From assembly GCA_030704615.1 (NCBI GenBank), contig CM060734.1, positions 50,034,001-50,098,000 on the forward strand: a stretch of DNA of 64,000 bases. The letters run 5' to 3'. Made by a program: the position numbers and the translations under genes. This stretch comes from Takakia lepidozioides (lineage: Eukaryota; Plantae; Bryophyta). Below the pieces are notes generated by a model. It was not told the DNA's origin. It did no database searches and saw only the letters and a list, made by a program, of their open reading frames with translations. Below, piece after piece: positions 22,085 to 35,362 of this stretch (position 1 is the first letter of the stretch; the number at the start of each line of letters is the position of its first letter).

Positions 22085-25000
22085 TCAATCATCTTCCTGC
22101 TTCACACTGTTGAAGAATGACAACCTAGCATTTGTAGTATCACCAAAGGCGGGCTTCAACCAGCCACCCTGCTTAGCCCGCTCTACATACAATGTTGCCT
22201 TCTCAATCGCATCAGGAATGTCAAGCGCTAGGTCCTCAAGCACATCCCAAACACGGCCGAAACCCTTCAGCATTTGACTAGTGGTAATCAGACCCTCATT
22301 GGCACACTCCTGGAGAAGGTAGAGCACCCGTTCGTTCTGCTTCTCCATAGCCATCACCAGAGCTTGCTTCACTACCTCATGATGGAAGAAAGGCATGTTA
22401 AGGTCACGAATGCACTGGCAAGCCTCAGCCAGTTCACCACCCGCATCATACTCTGCCAGAAGCAGCTTGATCTTGTCCTTGGCATCTTCCACTGCGCGCC
22501 CAGTACCACCCCCACCCCAACAGCGCAGAATGCGCTCACCTGCATGCCGTGCAGATAAGACAGATTCTGCAGTGTGCACTATCTCTTTCCCTAGTGAACC
22601 CTCCAGCAGCTGCTCATTGATTTCCTCCAGATACAGTGGGGCCAGAATATCATCGACCACCGCGCGCGCCAGAAACAGTGCCAGCTGATTGGCTGTGTCA
22701 GGAATATCTAGGGCAGTATCTTCAGCCGAACTCAGTAGCATCATGAATGCCTTTGCTATCCCCTCAATAGGAATCACTTCAGCATAGAGGGCTGAGATCA
22801 GAACTGATGCCATCTCCTTCTCCCGGTTTTTCCTATTGAGCAATACCATAAACTAATGAGACATGAGTGATAGAAAACAGATGACGAAATCTATTTGCTC
22901 TCAAGAAGTAAGGAACTAGCAGGTACTAACCTGTCCATGGCCAGAGTGATGAGCCTTTTCACAAAAGCAGCATGGAAATCAGGAGCCGCAAGTTCCTCCA
23001 AGCTCCATATAACTTCAGCGATATCATCAGACAAGAAATACTCATGAATGATGGCAGTTGCCTTTTGCTTGAACAAGCAGGCCTCTTCTGCCTCCGCAGC
23101 GCCTGCTGAGTCTGATGATACAGCATGAAAATTCGCCGTGCTGACCCAGCCCTTTGCCTTCGCCCTAGCAAGGTTCGACAAGAAAATTTGTGACAAAAAA
23201 GAGATTTCTATGGGCCCCTTGCTTTTCCCTTGATTATTCCAGTTCCATTGGCAATTAAACACTGATATTCCTATGGCAACAGAACAGAGTGCATGGTCTC
23301 CAACCTTGTAAGCTGACAGAAATACTGCATACAAAGAGCATTCAGCAAAAGACAGGTGTATATTAGAGAATTGCAGGCTTAGGAGAAAGCTGGGAGGAGG
23401 TCACACTGCTTTTGGCAGCGCACCTGCAGGGTCCCCATCCAGCCTTCTTGCCAGAAGCAGCAATGACCTGGGTTGTGAGCCCAGAACCGTACAAACACAC
23501 ACAGCTTGATAAGACCTAGAAATCTAGTTAAACTTCTTTGCAAACACACAGTAACCAAATTGCAGACGGGCTAGAAAACAACTTCATGAAATGTCCATCA
23601 AACAGACATTACCAAAGATGACACTCAAAGGAGTTGTTTAGCGGGCTGGCCCATCGAAGTATAAAGACTGGAAAGTGTGAATCAGCGCCAACAATTTTGC
23701 TTAAGTCACTTAAACAACCTACACTTTAACAGCCGACCCTATCGAGCTGTCCTGAAGCTGTCCAGCTTTGTTAAAGTGCAAGTCACCATACCACTTTGAA
23801 AAGGAACAAACAATGTCTCAGAACAGTAAAACAGATGTTCAAACTTACATTTGAAAGGTATATGTAAAAAAAGGAGTCTGTATAATGAAGCTATTTCCAA
23901 GCTCTTTGGGTTAATACAAATGGGGTAGAAAGACAAAAGAAAAGGCGCTCAACCGGTATTACAAAGACAACACACAATCAAACATGAATAACTGTCACTA
24001 TCTGCAAAGAGTCCAACTGAACTTTATCACCTGTAAATAGTGGGAGAGATACACTGAGTTTCCAGAAAAAGCTAAGAACGAGGTTCAGCACTCAAATGAG
24101 ACCATGATGAAGACAAACAGGATAAGCACTGGAAGAACCATGAAAACAAGGAAGACTTCAAGCCAGAAAAATAAAAAATAGAAGAGGAGAAACTCAAAGC
24201 AAAACTGTAGAGAAGCAAAGGAGGAACTCAACTAACATAAACGGGCTGGAAACGCACCCAATTATGACATCAACAGTCTGCTTTTATCCTGTTGAAAGAA
24301 ACCAAAAGCTAAAATGCCTTACTAGTCCACAGTAAGGGATTTGGACCATATCTAGGCCAGCATATTCCGGTTGTCAGTGCTTATTGTACCAGTCAATTTT
24401 TTAAACCTTTTGTTGGGTGCATCATGGCAAAGGTCCAAGAAGTAACAAGATGATCGAATCTTCTCACCAGGGAATACTACCTAATAGGCAACTTTTCTTG
24501 AGTAATACAGGTTAACAAACTCAAACTTGCAAGTAAAAAGGATATGAAAGTCCCTGCCAAAGCAGCACACTTGGTACACAGATGCACACCAATAGAATGC
24601 TTACGAAAAGAATGACTACAAGTTGGAAAGAAGTTAAAGAAGAAGAAATCCAGTCAACAAACCTATCCTTACCTCTAGACACTTAAAAACAAGTAATTAT
24701 ACATCAGTCATGTTCCTTCCTGCAACTAACCCGAACAAATCTGAAGTTCAATCGAACTTATGAGCAGCAAGAAATTCAACTCTATGACCTTGACACAAGA
24801 AATGAACGTAGGAGGAAAGAACTGACACAACCTTGCTCATAAGTTATCGAAGTTCTTTTTTCTATACAGGTTGAGAAGTCCTTCACCAACCTAGTTGTGA
24901 GTGACGCTAGCATCTCCTTGGCATGAGGAATGTCGAGTGCAAGGTCATCAATTTGATCCAGAACTCGTGTAAAGCCCTTTGCCATCTGGCTAGATGTGAT

Positions 25001-27101
25001 AAGGCCCTCTTCAGCAGTCTGTTGAAGCAGGGCCCAAATTTCATGTTCTGCTTTTTTCTGCTCCATAGCCAATGTCAAGGCCTTCTTTACAACCTCATGA
25101 TGGAAGAAAGGGACATTCAATTCCCGAATGCAGTGGCAGGCCTCGACTTTGTCGCCACTCTGCACATACTCCTTCAATAATGCAGCAATCTTGCCTTGAA
25201 CTTCAATTACTGTAGTATGGGTGCTACCACCCCACTTGCGCTCCACTACTTCTGCATGATGAGGCGCCAGCAAATAGCTCTTCTCAGCTTTTTGAATCAC
25301 AGCAATCCCCTGGGAACCATCTGCCAAAATTTTCTGTGTTTTGGTGAGGAACGCAGGGGGAAGAATGTCATCCACCACAGCTCGTGCGAGAAATACAGCC
25401 AAAATGTCAATTGCATTGGGAATGTCCAAAGCCAGGTCGTCTACTGACTCAAGCAGCTTACTGAAGCCTTTGGCCAACTGCTCTGGCTCTATCACATCTG
25501 CATACAACGCTGAGAGCAGCACCGATGACATCTCTTTCTCCCGGTCATGCCGGTCCAATGCCATTGAAATTAGCTTCTTCACAAAGTAGTGGTGAAAATT
25601 AGGGGACCCAAGATTCCGTAGATCAATCGCTGTACCTGTGACATCATCAGTAGAATAATATTCCTCCACCAGACTAACCACCTTCTCCTTGTACTCTTCA
25701 AGTGAATTTGCCACCGGAGCACCTACCAGCTTGTATGGTTCCTGCAGATGTTAGTTCATCAGAGATATCTGTACCACGGAACACATTCTCTAACAACCTG
25801 GCAGGGGAGCAAAATGGGAATGTAAACAGAGAGGACCCAACAAGTTGGGCTTCAATTCCTGCATAGTCAAAGTTTCTTGCCTCTAACAGTCTAGTGACAC
25901 TTGAGCCTCTGAACACAATTTGAAATGAGAAAGGGCTGGAGAGTCTATGCATACCAAATTCTACCCCAACCCGCTATAATAAGCTATGGAGGTAAACTAC
26001 TTAACCACCAATAGTGTAGTTCGTACTCTCTGTATTCAAAGACAAAGAGATGCCAATACTATCTGCCTAGAACATGGGCTTGAGATAAACTCCTTAACCA
26101 CCAATAGTGTAGTTTATACTCTCTGTATTCGAAGACAAAGAGATGCCAATAGTATCTGCCTAGAACATGGGTTTGAGATGAATAAAAATCCATGGGACAC
26201 AGCAATTTGAGTCCAGACAACCTGCCGTGCAGATCCATACCTTCAGACTTTCCACTTTACTGATCTGAGGTTCACCAGGAGTACATACCTCTTCACTGTC
26301 GTAGTTTGGGTCCTTCCGATCAATATGCAAGTGACTGTCTGAATCCAAAATAGCCCCCCAAATCCCCTTGCCTCCACTACCACCTACACACAAGAGTTTT
26401 AAGTGTTCAGTTCTCGAGGTATGCTTCCTTCAGGTAGTAAGGGGTGTAGCTAGTTCAATGGCCCCCTTCAAAGCTGAAGGAGGATTGACCCACATCCTTC
26501 AGTCTGCTCTGTAGGGCCATATGCTTTTGCTCATGATCATGCAATTCAAGCAGCATTATATCAGCACCTTCATGTTCATGTTGTCGGTCGTGTTCCGGCT
26601 TTTGCCTCTTACAGTTGCTTGTGCTCTATTGAGTTTCTTTTCCAAGGGCTTCTGCTTTTTTTTTTGGACCTTTGGCCTTTTGTATCGACCTCTTTGTGTT
26701 TGGCCTCCTTTTACTTTGCTGAGGCGTTCTGCGAGGACGATTTTTCTACTAAAGCTTAATAGCCACTTCCTTAACATAATGATAAAAGCGAGGGAGAGAG
26801 ACGACAACAACAAATAGGCCATCTAAGCCATTCTAGAGACAATAATTTCAACAAAAAAAAATTCAACAACGGCAGACTTACCCTTTTTAGGACGGCTATT
26901 CTTAAAGGAAGATGACCTTCGGTCTAACTTAGCTTCCCCTACAGCAGTAACAGCAGAAGACTTTGCGTTCACTCCATGCTTGTTGGCATGCTCCACCACA
27001 GGCTTAGATGAATTTATCTCCGGCATTGTGCCCCTCCCCAGAGATGCAGATCTCATCAACTTGCGCTGTTCTTCTGTCAAAAAGCCAGCTGTTGTAGCCA
27101 T
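22085..27101 (-). CDS. MRF: MA3 domain-containing translation regulatory factor (PDCD4-like, four MA3 domains), 5 exons, 715 aa
   Basis: Exons 27101-26882, 26383-26289, 25741-24891, 23164-22931, 22832-22085 join in frame (2148 nt, GT-AG). PDCD4 signature PKKGGSGGKGIWG...DRKDPNYDSEE, plus repeated MA3 motifs (FHHEVVKKAL, REKEMASVL, LALDIP). Confidence 0.95.
25993..26179. repeat. 93-bp tandem duplication in MRF intron 2
   Basis: Two near-identical copies starting at 25993 and 26086. Confidence 0.9.
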
Positions 27102-27546
27102 TTTCTGGAATATCCGTGGTTCCAGTCAGCAAAAGGAGATGGTGTTCCACACGTTTGGAAGGTTGGGGAGGGTGCTTCTGGCACGACTCCCTGCAGCTTC
27201 ACCACCCTGCTACAGACAACTTGGAACCTTACTTGATGTCAAATACTGCAGAAAGTCGCACTAAGGGCTGTATGATTTTAGAAAATGACACTGCAAAAGA
27301 GAACGAAGCAACGAGTTACCGAGACGGAATAGAAATCAAAGATGTGGTGAAGAACTGCAATTTGTAAAAACACAGCCAACCCTCTTCATAATGAAGTGCA
27401 GAAATTTAGAATCCAGGTAGAATTTAGGTTCCCCCGAACGGAAAGACTCAGCGATGCTAATGGGGGTGCAGCAACTGTCACTCCCAAGTCCCCACTTCAA
27501 GAAGGTCAACTCTTAGCCCGTCTGTCGTTCACCCTAACCAAATTAC

Positions 27547-30500
27547 TTTTTTTTTTTGTTTTTTTAAAAGGAAAGGGGATCAGATGGAGGCCCTATAAAT
27601 CATATTAAAAGAACATGGAAAAATTAACCATGTAAGGGTACATCAGGAAGATGGGATAAAACCCTAATCCAACGTCCATCAAAGGCATGTTGTATACTCA
27701 ACACCGAATCACCGAGGAGTAGGCTTGGCCAGCAATGAAACGGATAAGAGGAACTTGAAACACTCAGTAAAAGAGCAACTGGGCAATCCAGCATAACTAC
27801 CCGAGCCTGCAATGAGACCATGACTAATGGGAAAAAAAAAGACAAGAGTGTCAACGTCGGCTTAGAAGTTGGGATCTTAGTAGAGCAAAGAAGAACTGCC
27901 CACGCAGAGGACAGCTAACAAAAGCCAAAACATAAAATCGGAGGGGGCCTGTCACAACAATCCAAAGTCTCAGGGAGAAACAGCTGCAATCAAGCAAATC
28001 CAATCAGCGTTTCATGTGGAGAGGCTCGAAGTTGAGGTGATCAGCCTTTACTTTTTACTCGCAGTTCTTCTTATGCCTCCAATTGATCTCATGTTCGTCT
28101 TCAAGAGATGAAGGCTAAGGACAAGGAGGATCCACAGCCGTAGGGGATGGGCCGCCAGACCAGGTGGGTTGAAGGCAGTCTGGAGTAGCAGCTGATCCTT
28201 CCCTTGGTCAAGGTGTTGTCAAAATTAGCCAAGAGGACGCAGAGATGCCTCTGAGAACTTTTGCTGCATACTGAAGCCAAGATCCCATCCTAGACCTTCT
28301 TACCGTATATCAATATATCATAATAAATACAAGAGAGAAAGTGAGAAGGAACGTGGAACTTATCCTCAAAGATGAGGGAACACCTGGCTTTCCAAATCTG
28401 CCACAAGTTAATTGCACGAAGAGAATGACAAACTTGACAATCATGCCATAATGTGAAGGCCTTTTGCCTTGAGGGTAGAGGGTTGGGACTTAAGAGGGGC
28501 TTGTCCCCGTGGTTGCAGGGGACAATGTCTGTCACGGCCCTTTGCCTTGAGGGCAGGGGGTCGAGACAGAAGAGAGGCTGCCCTTGTGGTGGGGGCAGCG
28601 ACAGTAGTAGGAATGGTGGCTGAAGCACCCTTGAGTGCCGAAGGCACTCGACACTCAAGAGGGCGGAGGCACTCACTAGGTGAAGCCCTGCAACCTGAGT
28701 TGCGGTGGGGGCTCCAAGTGGGGGTGGTCGTAGCATAAGGAGTCGTAGCGGGGGTGACATAGGGCTCACCGCGGGGTTGAGGCCTTATGGTGGGAGTCAT
28801 GGGGAAATTGGTGCCTATCCAGCCCAGGTTAACTGATCAGCACCAATTGAACTGCAGTAAACTTCAGTTGTGAACAAGGAGTCGAATCAGTTGGCCACAA
28901 TGCAGTCTTTCCCCCTCTCCTCAATTCTTGTGGATAGCTGGCATGGTTGCCTCTACAGAAGCTACTTGTCATCCACTCAGAGGGATTAGCATGCCAAGTG
29001 ATGATTGAAAGAAAGGAAAACAAGTAGAGCCGCTTGTTCTTTTTGCATTTGCTCATGCAATTCAGTTACCACAACATACACAGTCCCTACAAACTGCAAG
29101 CAACAATTGCTTAGTTTAGTAACAGATCGGATGTCTCACGGCAATAGACAAGGAATCCATCAAGGCCCAACAATCTCCCACTTTCAATACCACAATATCC
29201 TACTGGATAATCTAGCATCAAAACTTTCTGCATGTATAATTGACATGTCAAAACTGTGATGGGAGAGGTGCTCAGGTGTCAACCATTAGTTCCTGTCAGT
29301 TTATGTCACCTCCCTTACAGCCCTAGAATATAGGAATCTACAAGCCGTTATTGACAAAGCTCATGCCATTAATGCCCAAGTCTACTCTAGAGATCTACCA
29401 AAGAGACCAGCCAATATGCTAAAGTAAATGATGGCTCAATTGACCCTCCTTGGTCAGAATTGCGGTAAAATCTATGAGGTTAGTCTGCTATCCAAGGTCT
29501 TCTCTGCCGTTAGTCTTCCTTGAACCAAAGAGGCTTCACCTAAAGCCTCAGCTTGATAGGGCCAAATTCGAGTGTCCAGTCCTCATCCTTTTCATTAAGT
29601 GAAAGCCACAGTTTCTCCTCCACGTGACTCAAATGACTTTCTGTCGCCATTACCCACCTCCCCTTCTTCCTCTTCAACTTTCCTCCCCCCCGCCCCAACC
29701 CCCGCCCCTCCCTCGCAAATAGTGTGCATTGCATTCGCTGTATCCTCGATCTTGTTGTCAATATCACATTTCCACTCGGTGGTCTTAAACGCCATGTATG
29801 TCAAAGCCAGGCCTGGAACCACAGTCGCCGCGCTCGTAGCACGAAGAACGAAAAGAATAATAAACAGATGCATGAAAGAAAATTGATGGAAGGACTAAGG
29901 TAGTGGCAGTTGAAAAGTAGTGGCGCCTTAATCTGCAAATAGACCCTTGGGAACGATGAGCTATGCTCTCGAAAGCAACGAGACAATGACACTGCAATTG
30001 TAGGTCGGAGACTAGTGTAGAGCGACCGACCTTCCGACCTCTAGTCTCCGATAGGCTTCAGTCATCAGAAGAAGTCCCCTCCTTCACCGCCATACAGTAG
30101 AAGAGAGAAAACTCAGGATAAAACTTTGAACCATAAACAGATGCAGGAAAGAAAATTGATGGAAGGACTAAGGCATTGACATCTAAAAGGTAGCAGTACC
30201 TTTAATCTACAAATGGACCCTTGGAACGATGAGCTATGCTCCCGAAAGCAGCGAGGCGATAGCACTGCAATTGTAGGTCGGAGATTAGTCTAGAGCGACC
30301 GACCTTCCTGCGACCTCTAGTCTCCGACAGGCTTCAGTCGTCACTAGAAGTCCCCTCCTTCACCGCCGGTTATGATCGAGAAGAGAGAAAACTTAGGACA
30401 AAACGAAGAACTCTGAACCATAAACATATGCATGAAAGAAAATTGATGGAAGGACTAAGGCAGTGGCATCTTAAAGGTAGTGGTGCCCACCTTAATCTGC

Positions 30501-30580
30501 AAATGGACCCTTGGGAACGATGAGCTATGCTCCCGAAAGCAGCGAAGCGATGGCACTACAATTGTAGGTCGAAGACTAGA
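27547..30580 (-). mobile_element. Internally deleted L1-type LINE relic just upstream of MRF
   Basis: Poly(A) tail (plus-strand T run 27547-27565) preceded by GGGCCTCC..TCCCCTTTCCTTTTAAAAA. The ORF2 C-terminal motif LWQIWKARCSLIFE lies at about 28406-28365. The 5' extent is inferred from tandem monomers and an ATG at 29795. Confidence 0.55.
29861..30579. repeat. About 280-bp tandem monomers (2.6 copies) with an internal hairpin
   Basis: Units start at 29861, 30134 and 30421. Stem TCGGAGACTAG (30005-30015) / CTAGTCTCCGA (30041-30051) is repeated at 30277-30328. Confidence 0.9.
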
Positions 30581-32139
30581 AGAGTATAGAAGACTCACGA
30601 TTGCCGCATCGGCAATCCCATATTGTTGAACGAATTTTATACACCCATCCTGTAGCTATCCGAGGTGGATACTCAAGGGAGGAGGTGTAGGAATACTCTA
30701 AGTATTCATGTTCAGAACAATCAAACATGACCCGAACCTAATGTATTATGGGGGTGCCATGAACATGTTTCCTTCATGAGTTCATGATAAGTCGACTTAT
30801 CAGTGAACGTGGGCATCCTAGTTATTGATTACTTATGTAATCATCTCAAGTTCTTTTTTCCTGTTTTCCAGATCAGCTTATGTCCAAGCAAACCATACTT
30901 GTAACTGCTTGAGCATCACTGGCCATCATGGACTGAACATCAAGATAGTTGGGGATAGAAGGGGGGAATGGCCCAATTGGGTCCGTAAATGCAAGACAAT
31001 TCGCTGGTGCATTTTCTATCTTTCCACATGTGATCACATCACAAAACAAGTGGCATATTAACTGCATAGCCCATGATAATATTAGCCACGAGGTTCTTGT
31101 GGATATGTGGCTAAGTAGCATTTGGAACCCCAGTAGCTCTTTGTACAGAGTCTCTGTATTTTTCCACAACTTGGCGAAGTGATGGTCCTCAATGATCTCA
31201 TCCAATTTAAACACTTTAAGTCGTCCCAGAAGCGGTATCCAGTGGCGCATGAGGTCATAAATATTGGCCCAAGGTCTCTGCTGGAGACACAGCTGCTTCC
31301 GCATCCATGACTTGTGGAATGGAAATTGTGGCAGTGTTACAGCGTCCCAGTAGGATTTTGGTAGTGGTGCTCAATTCATGAAGATTAGGTCACAGGATTA
31401 TGTCAGAACTGATATGTGCAACTGCCATAGGTTCAAGTTTTGGTTAGAAACAAACTGCTAGCACACATATCCAGAGTATAAACATCACTTCTGCTTTCTC
31501 TTTCCCTCTCATGATCGATGCAGATAGTGTCAGAGCTATGCTTATGATCATCTGCCAGTGCTTTTTAGTCCCGACCAGCCTGGTTCATGAGGGCATCATA
31601 GATAGACTTTGTGAGATGAGTTTCGTATAGAAAAGACACAACTCTATACATGTGCAGTAGTGCCCACATGTTGTACTTTCTCTCTCGTTTGCCTCTTACA
31701 TTTAGGATGCACCCAGATTGCGGTGGCGCTCACCTACCTACTTTCAGAGTCCCAATTCCGCTTCATGAGCGCATCATAGATAATAGGTGGGGTTCTTAAA
31801 TATTTTCACGTATCAAGCTTGGTTTGGGCCCTTGTTTTCGTTAATCCATTGGACAGACCGTATGTAATTGCTCTACTTGGCTATGCTCTGGTAGTGGAGA
31901 ATAAGCAGTTCATGCAGAAAGATTCTGGATTTTCCACACGCCAAATCTTGGGCTTCTGTAGGCTCCTTTGGGGATTTTAGGCAACGCACCTCCAGTACTC
32001 CGCAATCCCCTACAGGTGATTCCCCTCATCTTGATCTCCATTTTCTTTGTCCATCCTCTCTTGTGTCCATTGTTTCCTTTTGTAAAGTTACCTACTTACT
32101 TTCTTTCTCTTTCCTTTCTCGCGCGCGCGTCACCCTACC

Positions 32140-34376
32140 ATGTCCTCCTACAAGCGCCAAAGGACGATCGGCGAGGATGCAGACTCCCCCTCTCCCTCAC
32201 CCCACCCTGGGTCCCCTCTGCTTCTTCTTCTTGCCCCGGTCTCTCTACATGCATCTCCATTCCGTCAATACTCCACGAGGAGTGTTGATGTTCAAATGCT
32301 TCCGGACCAAATCACTATCCTGCAAACTCGATGCAATTTCTGAAGAGACTCTGCAACAATTGCTCGCTGCCCGAGACAAAGACTGGGAGAAGCGGCTTGC
32401 AGACCGAGACAGGGACTTGGAGAAGTCGCTGGTAACCCGATACAAACACATGGAGAATTTGCAAGCTGAGGTCACCGTTTTGCAGGCCTCTCTTCAGGAG
32501 AGCAATAGCAAACTACATGGTGTGTTGAAACAGCTCAATGAGAAAAACTGGAAGGCGAAGTGAAAACCCTCACAGAAAAGGACATGCCAAATCCCCTCAC
32601 GGCAAGCATTCACCAGCAGGTGAAATCCCTTAGCAAAGAGCTGAAAACACACAGAACTGCAACGTCTACAATGGCACCGGGAGCTCCAAGCTCACAAGGC
32701 AGATGCTTCCTCTTGGGCTAATATAGTTAAGGGCAGCACATCCAACAAGCTGAGTCCTCATTCTCTAGAGAAGACAGTCTCGGCTACCTTGCGGGATGAA
32801 CAGCAACAAACTTTCAAAGCCCTTAATATCAGGATCACTGGAAAGCTAGGGAACCTTGCAGAGGGGGACCTTCTTGGCGCGGCCACCACCCTTATTCAGC
32901 AAAACCCTGCTCTACCACGGGGAGCGAGTGACATTGAATGGGCTTAGCGTGCTGCAAGAGGGTGAGTGCAGGAAGGTGGCTTAGTTTGGACATCACACTG
33001 CAGTTTTTCATTGAGTGCTCTTCATATTATCTGTAACATTCTGCAAATAAGTTTATCTTCGTCCCAAATGAGATTGAATATTGCTAGCCATCTACCATAT
33101 CTACATGTTGGTATGATTATTTTTCGTTAGATGATTTTTCATGGAGCTATGTACTTTTAGGACTTGCACTCTGGGCTGTTACATTCCCAGTTTGTCCACA
33201 ATGGGACTCTTAAACACCAACTTACACTTAGCCATTTTACACATGGACTCCGAATATAGATTAACGTTGAGGAATAAGAGACATGGATGAATTTGTAGAC
33301 AATTTCATTCATTTGTTAGTGCACTATGGACTTTTATATACCTCCAAATATACTCAAAATTTCAAAAGTCCATGGTGTTCAAAACATTTCATATTTGGGT
33401 AGAATTCTTGAATGACAACATAAAGATTGTCATTATCTGCAAGTTCTTATAACTAGATGACCACATGCCATATATAATTGGGGACCTACAAATTAGATAT
33501 TCTTTAACATCGTGGAATAATGTTTCTAAAATATTTAGGATGGACCCATTTACTAAAAATGTTAGACATCTCATTATCTATCAATGTAAAAATATATTTG
33601 ACCAAAAAACATAGATTATTTTTTTTGCCCATGGACTTTCGTGGAGGTCGCATTTGCCGTTTTTGAGCCACCTGATCTTGCACTCACCCAAGAACTTCAG
33701 ATCACAAGGTCTTATTCATTCGATTCAAGGATAAAGATGCTCGGGATAAGGTCCTCCGACAGCGGCCTCAATTGAGAGGTCAGGATATGTATCTGAATGG
33801 TGATTTGACCCCCCCTACAATGCAATATCATGTAGGCGCAACTCTTGCAGGTCAAACATGCTCGAGCATAGGGGCACTATGCAGTGTACCGAGATGAGAG
33901 GGTAATTGTCCGCGGGCAAGACCGTCGTCCCTCTAACTCTAAATAGAGGTTGGGGCCCCATGAGACCAACACACGCTCACATCTATACATTGGCTCATGG
34001 AACTGTAATGGCTCATTGAGGAGCAGCCCTTGTTATTGCTTCCAGTCAGTGACTCGTCCACGAATAGGTCTCAAAGGCTCTAGTGGAGTGGCTTGTTACT
34101 TTGCGAACGGGCTTCTCCATACAAAGACCCACTGACAAGGTACATTTGGTGTCACATTAAAGGCTATAACCCTCAACCCAACATTCTACTGGCGAGATGT
34201 TATTTTGCTCCGGCTGCATCTCCACACAGTGGCCTACACATGTGAACACATTTGCCATATGTTCCACTGGAAGTGGATATGTCCCGTCTCCGTACCCCAA
34301 ATACAGACATATTCTTGGTTGGAGATTTCAACGCCCGTACGGGATCACTACAGGCCCCCACCTTCGACCCTACGGA
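32140..34376 (+). mobile_element. LINE (non-L1, RTEX/CR1-like) 5' part: ORF1 plus N-terminal APE endonuclease, decayed
   Basis: ORF1 shows a coiled coil, SWANIVK, ALNIRITG and FIRFKDKDARDKVLRQRPQLRGQDMYLNGDLTP. ORF2 shows IGSWNCNG, GSSGVA, CYFAP and LVGDFNARTG. Confidence 0.8.
32960..33689. mobile_element. Non-autonomous DNA transposon, 730 bp, GGG termini, 4-bp TSD (Sola2-like)
   Basis: TIRs GGGTGAGTGCAGGA-AGGTGGCT / AGCCACCTGATCTTGCACTCACCC with TSD AAGA (32956-32959, 33690-33693). Removing the element restores the LINE ORF1 frame (RAAR|TSDHKVLFIRF). Confidence 0.85.
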
Positions 34377-34380
34377 TATT

Positions 34381-34668
34381 AGTTTCGGGAGTGAGAGTTT
34401 TAATTTCGCACTAAGAAAATAAAATGAAGTAAGAGTTTCGGGAGTGCGATTTTTAATTTCGTACTGAGAAAATAAACTTAAGTAGGAGTTTCGGGAGTGG
34501 GAGTTTTTATTTTCGCACTGAGAAAATAAACTTAAGTAGGAGTTTCGGGAGTGCGAGTTTTTATTTTCGCACTGAGAAAATAAAATGAAGTAGGAGTTTC
34601 GGGAGTGAGAGTTTTTATTTTCGCACTGAGAAAATAAAATGAAGTAGGAGTTTCGGGAGTGAGAGTTT
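34381..34668 (-). repeat. 53-54-bp tandem array (5.4 units), inverted half
   Basis: Unit AGTTTCGGGAGTGAGAGTTTTTATTTTCGCACTGAGAAAATAAAATGAAGTAGG at 34381, 34434, 34487, 34541, 34595 and 34649. Confidence 0.95.
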
Positions 34669-35082
34669 CGTCTTGATAAATTATCCATGGGACGTGACAA
34701 CCTTTAAGATCTCTTGGAGTCTCAGCGCGCGGAATGAATTTTCATTTTCAGTCATTGCAAACTTCACCTTTATCATCCATCCTACCCTGAAGTCTGAAAT
34801 GATGACAAGGAGCTGAGTACTTGGTCTTTGTAGCACGACATAATAGGAAAAATGGACGCCCGTAGGTGCAGCAAGGGTTTCATGACATCTTCTGGATTGT
34901 TACTCTCAAGTCTTCTTCCAAAGCAATGGGACATTGCATCCCTTTTTCCCTGACAAAACAAGTAAACGTTGCAGTATAGGTCATTATGGTTCATCCCACC
35001 CCTATGCAGCAGTGTTTACTTGCTTTGTCAGGATAGAAGTTTGTTTGCAGACCTTAGACTTCATCATGCCCTAGACTTCTTT

Positions 35083-35289
35083 TGGCATTTGGCATTTGGG
35101 TACATGTCGTGACGATCATCACATTTTTGAGTTTTATTTTATTTAATTTTTATGGTTTGCATTTGACATTTGGGTATGTCGTGATGATCGTTGACGATCA
35201 TCATTTTTTTTTTGTTTTTTTTGTTTTTGGGTTTGCATTTGGCATTTGGGTACATGTCGTGATGATCGTTGACGATCAATACTTTTCTG

Positions 35290-35322
<33 letters not shown>

Positions 35323-35362
35323 CCGCATATGCCATTTGGGTGGATGTAGTGATGATCGTCGA
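35083..35362. repeat. Four copies of an about 40-bp motif separated by T-rich spacers
   Basis: GCATTTGGCATTTGGGTACATGTCGTGATGATCGTTGACGATC-like copies near 35083, 35157, 35233 and 35325. Confidence 0.8.

Noticed and set aside
22047-25589. Plus-strand ORFs overlapping MRF exons, and similar antisense ORFs over the other genes
   Set aside because: Antisense shadows of real coding exons.
26556-26822. Lys/Arg-rich ORF in MRF intron 1
   Set aside because: Low-complexity A-rich sequence. Splicing it to exon 1 in phase meets a stop within a dozen codons, and exon 1-2 joining already gives the intact PKKGG motif.
30873-31304. 143-aa ORF on the - strand
   Set aside because: No recognisable domain or splice context. 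It sits between TE relics and is left unannotated.
35083-35362. Repeat-spacer pattern resembling CRISPR
   Set aside because: The spacers are poly-T low-complexity tracts and the repeats are degenerate.
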